Shown: positions 1-7,660 of the stretch, piece after piece | Layout of the letters: the number at the start of each line of letters is the position of its first letter | Numbering within the stretch: position 1 is the stretch's first letter | Assembly (NCBI GenBank): GCA_964556105.1 | Contig: CAZKWG010000003.1 | Span: 1-36,332, forward strand | Origin: an uncultured Enterobacterales bacterium | Lineage (GTDB): Bacteria > Myxococcota_A > UBA796 > CAZKWG01 | Reading direction: 5' to 3' | Length of the DNA stretch: 36,332 bases | Made by a program: the position numbers and the translations under genes | Notes under the pieces: model-generated | Seen by the model: only the letters and a program-made list of their open reading frames with translations | Told to the model about the DNA's origin: nothing | Database searches by the model: none

Positions 1-112
1 GCCTCATTGACTGCCTCAGGCAACTCGGGCATTGAGCCTCCCGGGAGGGTGGTTCCCAGGCGCGGATGATGAACATGGGACCACGCGATAGCTTGAGGGT
101 CGAGGAACCTCA

Positions 113-1312
113 ATGCGCCTACATCAGATTCACTTTGACGATGTGAACGAGCAAGACCTTCAGCACCTTGTGGACACCTCCGCTATGGAGTCGATTCGGC
201 TGGACTTCAAGCAGCAACTCCCGGTCCAGGAGGCACGTGATCCTGACGGGAATGCTAAGCGAGAGCTCTGCCGCGATGTCGCAGCCTTCGCGAATGCCGA
301 TGGTGGAGACCTGCTGTATGGGATCGGTGAAGAAGAGGGAATGGCGACCGAAGTCGTGGGTTTGCCGTACGAAGATCAGGAGAAATATCGGTCTAAGGTC
401 GAGGATATTCTCAAGGACCATATTGAGCCTAGAATCTCCCGTGTGCAGACTCGTTTCATCCCGCTATTGAGAGGCGGGGGCGTCTTCCATCTTCGCGTCC
501 CACGCTCCCTTGAGGCCCCGCACGCAGTCCGAGGTCCTGGCACCTGGGACTTTTTTATGCGGCGCTCCACGAGCAAGTACCCGATGTCGATGAGCGAGGT
601 GCGCAATGCCTTCCTCAAGACGCAGGACTGGCGCGCGGAGATTCAGCGCTGGCATCGTAGTCGTATTGATATGTACGAAGCAGGCGAAGGGATGTTGGCA
701 ATGCCGGGCGACGGTCGCCTCTACGTACACGTCGTCCCCGTTGGCTGGAGCGGCGAGATCGATATCGAGAACGCGGTTGCGGATTGGACCTGGGCTCGTG
801 AGTTGAGGACGGCCCGGGTCTGGGGTGCCATGGGTGAGCCAGTCCCGACCATAGAGGGATTGCTCTCCCTCCGCGGGAATCCAGCCTCCATGCCTCCGCA
901 GGCGCTCGCCCTTTGGACCCCAGATTGGCGCTTTGAGGGCGTAGAAAGATTAGATTTTATGATTGCCGCGCCACCGTCTAATCTGGCCGGTGTAGAAGGC
1001 TGGTTGATCGAAGAGCAAGCACACGGATACGCGCTGGCTGGTGTTCTGAGTCTTGCGAAGCTCGGCATAGACGGACCATACTTGGTGTGCTGCTCCCTCA
1101 CCGGATGCAAGGGCAGGGTGGTCAGCTATCGCCTGGATAGAGGTTTCCGAACCGAACGCACAGTCTACCCCCTTAGCCAGGACACACTCACGTTCATGCC
1201 GATGCTGGTCGAACGGGCGACAAGTGAGCTCTGGCCTCAGTTGAGGCCGCTTCTGGACCGTCTCGGGCAGGCTGCTGGATTCCCGTCCTCGCCAAGTGGA
1301 CGACTAGGATAG
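113..1312 (+). CDS. Schlafen/AlbA_2 (PF04326-like) domain protein with uncharacterised C-terminal domain
   Basis: N-terminal ESIRLDFKQ...ELCRDVAAFANADGGDLLYGIGE matches the AlbA_2 pattern ExxxLE/DFK...xxxAFANxxGGxLxxGV/I. GAGG RBS upstream. Third codon positions are visibly more A/T-rich than in the rest of the window. Confidence 0.85.
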   Translation: MRLHQIHFDDVNEQDLQHLVDTSAMESIRLDFKQQLPVQEARDPDGNAKRELCRDVAAFANADGGDLLYGIGEEEGMATEVVGLPYEDQEKYRSKVEDILKDHIEPRISRVQTRFIPLLRGGGVFHLRVPRSLEAPHAVRGPGTWDFFMRRSTSKYPMSMSEVRNAFLKTQDWRAEIQRWHRSRIDMYEAGEGMLAMPGDGRLYVHVVPVGWSGEIDIENAVADWTWARELRTARVWGAMGEPVPTIEGLLSLRGNPASMPPQALALWTPDWRFEGVERLDFMIAAPPSNLAGVEGWLIEEQAHGYALAGVLSLAKLGIDGPYLVCCSLTGCKGRVVSYRLDRGFRTERTVYPLSQDTLTFMPMLVERATSELWPQLRPLLDRLGQAAGFPSSPSGRLG

Positions 1313-1429
1313 CCAGTTCTTCGAGAATTCCGCTCGAGAGCCGACGCGCGTCAGGAGCGCGTCGGCCGTCACGAAGCCGCGGATCTCCCCGAGCACCTCC
1401 TCGCCCTCGACCGCCGTCGAGGCCGCTCC

Positions 1430-1588
1430 CCGACCGATGAGCCCGACGAAGGCCGATCAGCTCCCACATGCCGTCCAGGCGAAGCTGCCGCGCCCGGTCG
1501 GCCGACACGCCCAGGATGTCTCCGATCTCCTGCGCGCCCCAGCCCGCCACGCTGGCACGCCTGACGATCGCGCTCCGCTCGGGACGAC
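1430..1588 (-). pseudogene. Fragment of a sigma-70 region 4-like helix-turn-helix
   Basis: Minus-strand frame reads RPERSAIVRRASVAGWGAQEIGDILGVSADRARQLRLDGMWEL, resembling region 4 (LPER...G.TL.EIG..LGVSRERVRQ...AL.KL). Similarity starts right at the att-like repeat and there is no N-terminal part. Boundaries approximate. Confidence 0.55.
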
Positions 1589-1604
1589 GGCGGCGGATGA
1601 TGGG
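1589..1604 (-). repeat. att-like direct repeat, 16-bp copy of the tRNA-Sec 3' end
   Basis: GGCGGCGGATGATGGG at 1589-1604 is identical to 2190-2205, the T-stem 3' strand, acceptor 3' strand and GCC of tRNA-Sec. Confidence 0.85.
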
Positions 1605-1674
1605 GACGCGGCCCGCTGTCGCCCCCGAGTGATGGGCGCAAGAGCGAGGTCAGACGGCCGACCAGCGTCCCCGA

Positions 1675-1990
1675 TCACTGCAGCGGGAGGCCCTCACCCG
1701 CCGCGGCGACCCTCAGCGCCTGATCAAACGCCACGAAGCCCACGGCCGAGCGTGTCTCTTGCGCGAGCCGAAGCGCGGCGGCAAGGTGAACCGCGTCATT
1801 GGCGCGTAGGACGTGTCTCTCGGCGAGGGCCGCCGCGGCAGGCGCGCGCGAGCGCCCCGAGCACCTCCACCCGCGCCAGGCTCGAGGTCGTGCAGATCTC
1901 CACCGCGGCCAGCGCGGCGCGGACCTGGATGGAGCCACACACGGGCTCGTACAGCGTCACGGGTGCGCTGCTGTCCAGGGTGAGCAGCAT
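1675..1990 (-). pseudogene. vapC: PIN-domain VapC toxin, internally deleted and frameshifted
   Basis: N-terminal half MLLTLDSSAPVTLYE...TSSLARVEVLGALAR (start 1990) and C-terminal half ALAERHVLRANDAVHLAAAL...FVAFDQALRVAAAGEGL (stop 1675) are in different frames, joining near 1835-1840. The 316-nt total is shorter than a typical ~140-aa VapC. Confidence 0.8.
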
Positions 1991-2147
1991 CAACGCCGGC
2001 CTTCCAGGATGCGCTTCGAGAGCGAGCCCTTCATCGCGAGCGGCCGTTGAGCCCGAGAGGTCTCCCCGTCCCCCACCGGATCGCGGAGTCCTCGGCGGCC
2101 TTAGCGCTGGGCGCGGGCGGGACCTGTGAGGTCTGGGGGGCGGGCAT
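1990..2147 (-). pseudogene. Remnant of the cognate antitoxin (VapB-like), frameshifted
   Basis: IRWGTGRPLGL in one frame, then ...KGSLSKRILEGRR-stop in another. Its TGA overlaps the vapC ATG (TGATG), the usual antitoxin-toxin coupling. The SLSxxxxExRR C-terminus is typical of antitoxins paired with this PIN class. Confidence 0.55.
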
Positions 2148-2188
2148 GGCCGATTTCAGTGGAAAGCTGGCGTTAAAGCTCGCTTTTT

Positions 2189-2288
2189 TGGCGGCGGATG
2201 ATGGGAGTCGAACCCACCGAGCGGCGCCTCTCGACGCGCCCCACCGGTTTTGAAGACCGGGGCCGGCACCGGCCTGGCACCACCCACC
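2189..2288 (-). tRNA. selC: tRNA-Sec (anticodon UCA)
   Basis: Reverse complement folds with an 8-bp acceptor stem (GGTGGGTG/CATCCGCC), D arm with CGGT loop, anticodon arm CCGGT-CTTCAAA-ACCGG, long variable arm with GAGA loop, 5-bp T stem with TTCGACT loop, discriminator G and encoded CCA. Confidence 0.96.
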
Positions 2289-2294
2289 ATGAAC

Positions 2295-2324
2295 ATCCTA
2301 ACGCCATCCCGCCGCGCAGCACAA
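2295..2324 (-). promoter_or_regulatory. Candidate sigma-70 promoter for selC
   Basis: TAGGAT (-10) at 2300-2295 lies 6 nt before the mature tRNA 5' end, with TTGTGC (-35-like) 18 nt further upstream. Confidence 0.5.
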
Positions 2325-2425
2325 CGGCTAAGGCGCGCTTCTTCGTGGGCTCCCGCCCCGGGATCTCAACTGCCGCTGGCGCGTCGTTCCGGTCTGCGGC
2401 AAGCTAGGCGCCATCGCGGAAGGTC

Positions 2426-3619
2426 ATGCGCTTTCACGTCAACGCCATCTTCGCGCTACAGACCCGACAGGGGCTCGTCTTCGGTTGCGCGCGCGACATC
2501 GAGGGGGACCACCTGGTCTTCCAGGTGCCAGGCTCGCTCTCGCTCGGGGAGGTGCTGGACTGGCGGATGCAGCTCGTCGGAAGGCCGGAGATGGTGCTCG
2601 GCGCGCTGAGGGTGGAGTCCCAGCGCCCCGGGCCTCCCGGTGAGCACCCGATCTTCGACGGTCGCATCATCGTGATGACCGAGCAGAACCGCGCCCTGAT
2701 GCAGACCTGGCTGGTGGAGCGCAGCGGGAGCACCAGCCGGGAGTCGTCGCAGATCGTGGACTCGCTCGCCGCCGTCCGCGGCGCGCCGAAGCTGGGCTCC
2801 AGCGTGCGCAAGGCCGGTCGGTACCGGTTGAGGGGAGGGGACTCCGCGGGAGGCGGCACCCCCTCGGGCAAGCAGACGGAGCCGCCGGGCGGGCGCGAGG
2901 CGATCACGGCCGCCATCCTGAAGAGCCTGTCGCGGACGATGCGCCAGCCCGTGCCGCAGCAGCGCCCGGTCGCGGCACCTCCTCCCCGCGTGGGCGCCGC
3001 GACCGGCGCGCCCAGGCTCGAGTCGATCCCGCGCCTCGAGCCGACCCCTCCGCCCTCTCGGCCGCGCCTGGAGGCGCCGCCGCCGCGGCCGGAGATGGCG
3101 CTCCCGCCGGAGCTGAGGCCGGCCCCCGGTCGCCTCGCGCCGGGACAGCCGCCCATCACCCAGGTGGTGCTGCCCCCTCAGGCGGGCGCGAGCGCCGCCT
3201 ACCTCTCGCCGCGCAAGATGGCGCCGCCCATCCCGCCTCCCCCGCCCGCGGAGGCGCCCAGGCCGTCTCCCGCCTCAGAGGCCCAGGCTGGTCAGGCCTT
3301 CCGGCGCGGGACCGATCCGGTGGTGGCGATCAAGGTCGGGAGCCGCCCCGTCCAGGTGCTGGTCCGCTATCGGACCTGGCCCGTCTTTCGCCGGGACTAC
3401 GAGCAGCACATCCGGGGATCGGGCCTGTTGCTGGCCATCTCTGAGCTCGAGGACCTGCAGACGCGCGGCACGATGGCCCTGGTGCGCATCGACCTGCCGA
3501 GCGGCGCGAACGTGGTCTGCAGGGCCGAGGTCGTCGCGCCGATGGTGACCGGGACCGGCTTTCAGCTCCACCTCAGCGAAGAGCAGCACCGCGTGCTCGC
3601 GATGGCGACGCGCGCCTGA
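2426..3619 (+). CDS. Hypothetical protein with Pro-rich linker and C-terminal degenerate PilZ-like (TIGR02266-like) domain
   Basis: C-terminal VRYRTWPVFRRDYEQHIRGSGLLL...LVRIDLPSG..VVCRAEVV...GTGFQL resembles the myxobacterial FxxxYxxNISxGGLFI...GxGxxF PilZ-like pattern. The N-terminal ~100 aa is also beta-rich. GGAAGG RBS. Confidence 0.55.
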   Translation: MRFHVNAIFALQTRQGLVFGCARDIEGDHLVFQVPGSLSLGEVLDWRMQLVGRPEMVLGALRVESQRPGPPGEHPIFDGRIIVMTEQNRALMQTWLVERSGSTSRESSQIVDSLAAVRGAPKLGSSVRKAGRYRLRGGDSAGGGTPSGKQTEPPGGREAITAAILKSLSRTMRQPVPQQRPVAAPPPRVGAATGAPRLESIPRLEPTPPPSRPRLEAPPPRPEMALPPELRPAPGRLAPGQPPITQVVLPPQAGASAAYLSPRKMAPPIPPPPPAEAPRPSPASEAQAGQAFRRGTDPVVAIKVGSRPVQVLVRYRTWPVFRRDYEQHIRGSGLLLAISELEDLQTRGTMALVRIDLPSGANVVCRAEVVAPMVTGTGFQLHLSEEQHRVLAMATRA

Positions 3620-3622
3620 CCC

Positions 3623-4384
3623 TCAGGGCCGGTGGCTCCACCATCGCCCCTGGCGGAAGCCGATGCGCGTCGGGCCCTGCACGGGATGGTCGGAGGGGTA
3701 GCTGGCGTCCCCGGGCAGGACGATCTCCCAGCCACCTTCCTCGTTCTGGTCGAGCCGGGGGCAGACGGCGCGCAGGTCTCGCGCGGGACCGGAGGCGAGG
3801 ACGCTGGCGATGCTCCCCAGCTCCGCCAGCTCCTCGAGCGTGCGGAAGGTCGGCGGCGCCATCGGGAACGCGTCCGGGTTGGCGAGGGCGTCCGCCGGGC
3901 GGACCCAGCGGCTCGCGGTCGCCTCGCCGTCATCGGGGCTGGCCTCCGCGCTGGCGGGGACGACGGCCAGATAAAACCAGGTGTCGTAGCGGCGGCTCTC
4001 AATTACGGGTGTGACCCAGCGCGACCAGGGGATCAGGCGGCTGAGGTCGATCTGCAGCCCGGGGATGTCCGCGAGCACGACGGCGCCCGCGTTGACCCCG
4101 GCGCGGATCTCCGGTCCGGGGGCGCCCTCCCCCAACCAGATCCCGGCCTCCTCGAAGCACTCCCGCGCCGCGGCGAGCGCCGCGAGCCTCCCCGTCGCGT
4201 CCACGCCGGGCACCTCGCCCACGGCGGGCAGCCTGGCGTCCGCCTCGTCCACGCGACCGCCCGGGAAGACCCAGGCCAGCGGGAAGAAGCCCACCCGGGA
4301 CGAGCGGCGGAGCAGCAGGGTCTCGGGGCCCGCCGGACCCTCCCTCAGCAGGATCACCGTGGCGGCGAGGCGCGGCTCAGTCAT
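3623..4384 (-). CDS. NUDIX hydrolase (NUDT19/acyl-CoA diphosphatase-like)
   Basis: AATVILLR, WVFPGGRVDEAD...AAARECFEEAGI (Nudix box with insertion), WSRWVTP...RRYDTWFY, MAPPT. Confidence 0.85.
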   Translation of the reverse strand: MTEPRLAATVILLREGPAGPETLLLRRSSRVGFFPLAWVFPGGRVDEADARLPAVGEVPGVDATGRLAALAAARECFEEAGIWLGEGAPGPEIRAGVNAGAVVLADIPGLQIDLSRLIPWSRWVTPVIESRRYDTWFYLAVVPASAEASPDDGEATASRWVRPADALANPDAFPMAPPTFRTLEELAELGSIASVLASGPARDLRAVCPRLDQNEEGGWEIVLPGDASYPSDHPVQGPTRIGFRQGRWWSHRP

Positions 4385-5105
4385 GGGGCTGCTCCGGGGG
4401 CGGATCGCGTCGCACCCAGCGGCGATCCCAGTTGCGCAGCACGGTCGCCCCGTCGGACCGGCCGTCTACCCGCGCGTCGATGCCGCGGAGCTTGAGGAGA
4501 TCCACCAGGGCCTTCGGCGGAAGCTCAGGATGAAACTGCACGCAGCGCAGGTTCGGGCCCAGGGCGAAGGCCTGCCAGGGGCAGTGATCGCTCCCCGCGA
4601 GGCGCAGCACGCCGGCGCGCGTCGGAGGCGAGGTGAGGGAGTCCCTGTGGGTGGCCTGGACGCGCAGGCGCGGCGCCAGCCCGGCGAAGAGCGGATCCTT
4701 GCGGCCCGCCTCGGTCAGCTCCACGTCGATGGTCCCGTACTCGCCGCCGTCGGGGCTCGGCTCCACCCGGCCGCCGAGCGTCTCCCCGAGGAGCTGGTGA
4801 CCGAAGCAGACGGCCAGCACGGGGATGCCCGCCTCCGCCGCCGAGAGCGCCCAGCGCGCGACGCTCTGCATCCACGGGGCCTCGTCGCGCACGGAGAGCG
4901 GCGAGCCCGTCAGGATGATGCCTCCGTAGTTGGCCGCGCGCGGGAGGGTCTGGCCCAGCCAGGAGGCGACGCCGGTGCAGCGCCGCTCCCCGTCTTCCAG
5001 GCCGCGCATGAACCAGTCGTCATAGTCGCCGTGCTGCGCGGCCACGGCCGCCTCGGCGGTGCCCATCTTCAGCAGGAGGATCTTCGGGAGTTCGGGCTTG
5101 GTCAT
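4377..5105 (-). CDS. Class I glutamine amidotransferase, stand-alone GuaA-like
   Basis: ILTGS, VLAVCFGHQLL (nucleophile Cys) and VQFHPE (His-Glu). Overlaps the NUDIX start by 8 nt. Confidence 0.9.
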   Translation of the reverse strand: MTKPELPKILLLKMGTAEAAVAAQHGDYDDWFMRGLEDGERRCTGVASWLGQTLPRAANYGGIILTGSPLSVRDEAPWMQSVARWALSAAEAGIPVLAVCFGHQLLGETLGGRVEPSPDGGEYGTIDVELTEAGRKDPLFAGLAPRLRVQATHRDSLTSPPTRAGVLRLAGSDHCPWQAFALGPNLRCVQFHPELPPKALVDLLKLRGIDARVDGRSDGATVLRNWDRRWVRRDPPPEQPHD

Positions 5106-5165
5106 CGGCCGCTGCTAACGCGCCACCTCGGGACAGGATAGGCGCAGGGGTCAGATGGAGGTGGG

Positions 5166-6011
5166 ATGTTCACGTCGGCGCTGCTTCAAGGTGAGACGAT
5201 CCTCGTGACCGGCGGCGGGACGGGCCTCGGGCGGGCGATGGTGGAGCGGATGGCCGAGACCGGCGCCGCGGTCGCCATCTGCGGTCGCCGCGCCGAGCCG
5301 CTGGAGGAGACGGTGGCGGCCGTGCGCGCGAAGGGCGGGCGGGCGGCCTGGGCCAGCGTGGACGTGCGCGACCCGGCCAGCGTCGGCGCCGGCATCGACC
5401 AGCTCGAGGCGGAGCTGGGGCCCATCACGGGGCTGGTGAACAACGCCGCCGGCAACTTCCTGGCGGCCACCGAGGATCTCTCAGCCAACGCCTTCAACGC
5501 CGTCGTGCAGATCGTGCTCTACGGCACCTTTCACTGCACGCAGGCCATGGGGCGGCGCTGGATCGCCCGCGAGCGCGGCGGGCGCGTGCTCAACATCATC
5601 ACCACCTACGCCTGGATGGGCTCGGCCTTCGTGGTGCCCAGCGCGTCAGCGAAGGCGGGCGTGCTGGCCATGACGCGCTCGCTCGCCGTGGAGTGGGGCG
5701 TCTATGGCATCCGCCTGAACGCCATCGCCCCCGGCCCCTTCCCCACGGAGGGCGCCTTCTCCCGCCTGATGATGGACACGGGCATGGAGGAGGAGGGCAA
5801 GAAGAACAACCCCTGCGGGCGCTTCGGGGAGCCCCCTGAGCTGGCCAACCTCGCCGCCTTCCTCATGTCGCCGATGGCCGCCTACATCAACGGCGAGTGC
5901 GTCACCATCGACGGCGGCGAGTGGCTGCGCATCGGTCAGGAGTTCGGCGGGATCACCGGGATGGACCGGGGCGCCGTAAAGCAGATGCTCTCGTCGATGA
6001 AGTCGCGCTGA
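5166..6011 (+). CDS. SDR family oxidoreductase, 2,4-dienoyl-CoA reductase (DECR)-like
   Basis: TGGGTGLG, LVNNAAGNF, SASAKAG (lacks the catalytic Tyr of YxxxK, as in DECR), IRLNAIAPGP, TIDGG. GGAGG RBS. Confidence 0.9.
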   Translation: MFTSALLQGETILVTGGGTGLGRAMVERMAETGAAVAICGRRAEPLEETVAAVRAKGGRAAWASVDVRDPASVGAGIDQLEAELGPITGLVNNAAGNFLAATEDLSANAFNAVVQIVLYGTFHCTQAMGRRWIARERGGRVLNIITTYAWMGSAFVVPSASAKAGVLAMTRSLAVEWGVYGIRLNAIAPGPFPTEGAFSRLMMDTGMEEEGKKNNPCGRFGEPPELANLAAFLMSPMAAYINGECVTIDGGEWLRIGQEFGGITGMDRGAVKQMLSSMKSR

Positions 6012-6017
6012 GCCCGT

Positions 6018-7520
6018 TCAGCGCCGCGCGAAGACGACGAGATCCAAGGTCTCGGTGCGGTAGCGAGCCGTCTCCTGGAAGCCCTGGCGCGCGTCCAGGA
6101 CGGTCCGCGCCACCGGCGGGATCTCGCGAAGATCGTAGTGGTCGTCCCGCAGCGCGGCGTTGATGTCGGCCGCGGAGGGCCAGCGACCGGCGGTCGGCGT
6201 GATCCAGAGCAGCCGATCCACCTGCCCGATGCGCTCGGTGGTGCCGAAGGGATCGGTGACCACGCCGCGCGCGTCGGCCCACATCCAGCGCGCCCGGACG
6301 GCCAGGATGGCGAAGCCCTCGTAGAGCGTCTCGTCCTCGCTGAACACCAGCACGTGGCGCGGCGACGGTCCGAGCGCCCGCACCGCCTCGTCCAGCGGGG
6401 ATCGCTCGTAGGACGGGGGGCTCGCCAGCGTGTGTCGCGGCGCGACCCAGCGCTCCGGCAGGAAGGGCCCGCCGGGGAGCAGGCCCAGGCCCAGGGCCAG
6501 GAAGGAGAGGGCGCCGCCGGTGATCCCCGCCCAGGCCAGGCGAGGCGCGCGGACGAGGGCCGCCAGGGGCACCAGGGCGGGGAGCGTGTAGAAGACCTGC
6601 TTCTTGGCGATCAGCGTGAAGAAGAGCACGCTGACCCCCGCCGACGCGAGCAGGATCAGCCGCTCGCGGGTGCGCGGCCCTCTCAGGCCCAGGAGCAGGG
6701 CGAGCCCGGTGATGGGGCCCGCCTGGCTGTCCAGCAGCGCCAGCGGATAGTAAGCCAGCGACCAGGGGAAGGGCGTAGCCGTGATCTGCCCGGCGCTGTC
6801 GATCTCGCCTACCGGCGCCTGGCTGAGCAGCTCGTTGGCGCTGGTGCGGATGAAGCAGGCGTACCAGTAGCCGTCCAGGAGCAGCACGGGGAGCATCGCC
6901 AGGGCGAGGTTGGTCCAGCCCCGCCGGTCCAGGCCGCGCAGCAGCGGCAGGAGCGCGGGGAGCAGGAAGAAGGCCACCGAGAGCCGATCCATCAGCAGCC
7001 CGATGGCGAGGCTGAGCCCGAAGCCGAGGGTCATCCGCCTGTCCTGCAGGCCCTCGCTCCGCACCAGAAAGGCCAGCCCGGCGGCCGTCCAGGCCAGCAC
7101 CGCAAGGTTCGGCTCGTAGCGGACCAGCGCGCCGAAGACCCCCGGGCAGCCCACCAGCAGGAGCGGCGCGAGCGGCGCGTTCAGGCTGCGCCCCAGCGCG
7201 ACCATGGCGACCAGCAGCACGCCGAGGTGCGCCAGGTTGCCGGCGACCAGCAGTCCCCAGGGCTGACCGCCTCCGAGCATCGCCGCGCCCCAGAGCAGCG
7301 GCATCGGCAGCACATAGAAGCCTGGCGGCCAGTAATTGCCCTCCACCAGGAGGCGCACCTGCCACCAGGCTCCGCGCAGGATCGCCGACCAGAGATCGTA
7401 GGCGTTCCCGATGTGCAGGTACTCGTTCTGGAAGCCGTCTGGCAGCGGGTTGTTACCGAGCCACCAATGCATCCAGGCCGCCAGAGCGAGCCCGATCAGT
7501 CCTGTCCAGCGCCAGCGCAC
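6018..7520 (-). CDS. Polytopic membrane protein, GT-C fold (ArnT/PMT-like) glycosyltransferase candidate
   Basis: One TM helix, then a loop with acidic residues (PDGFQNEYLH) and NYWPPGFY, then ~10 hydrophobic segments, KKQVFYTLP and a soluble C-terminal domain. Start placed at GTG 7520, 6 nt after TACGGT. Confidence 0.6.
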   Translation of the reverse strand: MRWRWTGLIGLALAAWMHWWLGNNPLPDGFQNEYLHIGNAYDLWSAILRGAWWQVRLLVEGNYWPPGFYVLPMPLLWGAAMLGGGQPWGLLVAGNLAHLGVLLVAMVALGRSLNAPLAPLLLVGCPGVFGALVRYEPNLAVLAWTAAGLAFLVRSEGLQDRRMTLGFGLSLAIGLLMDRLSVAFFLLPALLPLLRGLDRRGWTNLALAMLPVLLLDGYWYACFIRTSANELLSQAPVGEIDSAGQITATPFPWSLAYYPLALLDSQAGPITGLALLLGLRGPRTRERLILLASAGVSVLFFTLIAKKQVFYTLPALVPLAALVRAPRLAWAGITGGALSFLALGLGLLPGGPFLPERWVAPRHTLASPPSYERSPLDEAVRALGPSPRHVLVFSEDETLYEGFAILAVRARWMWADARGVVTDPFGTTERIGQVDRLLWITPTAGRWPSAADINAALRDDHYDLREIPPVARTVLDARQGFQETARYRTETLDLVVFARR

Positions 7521-7660
7521 CCGGCCACCGTAGTCCAAGGGGAGCACGCTGACAATTGCTTGCAACTGGGAAGCCTTGTCCAATGCTCGGGAATGCGCTC
7601 TTTTCTCTGAACATGACACCGGTGCTCGCACGGCGCCTGCGTCGGGCTATCCTGCCATGA

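Larger units (their letters stand above)
1589..2205. mobile_element. Degenerate genomic islet at selC carrying a vapBC remnant
   Basis: About 585 bp bracketed by the 16-bp tRNA 3'-end repeat. It contains only broken toxin-antitoxin genes and no integrase. Confidence 0.65.

Noticed and set aside
59-76. GGCGCGGATGATG as a third, degenerate att copy
   Set aside because: It needs a 1-nt deletion and diverges after about 13 nt, too short in GC-rich DNA to claim. Worth rechecking with more left flank.
2940-3290. Pro-rich repeats (PRLE x3) in the PilZ-like protein as a tandem repeat element
   Set aside because: Low-complexity linker coding sequence with no regular DNA periodicity.
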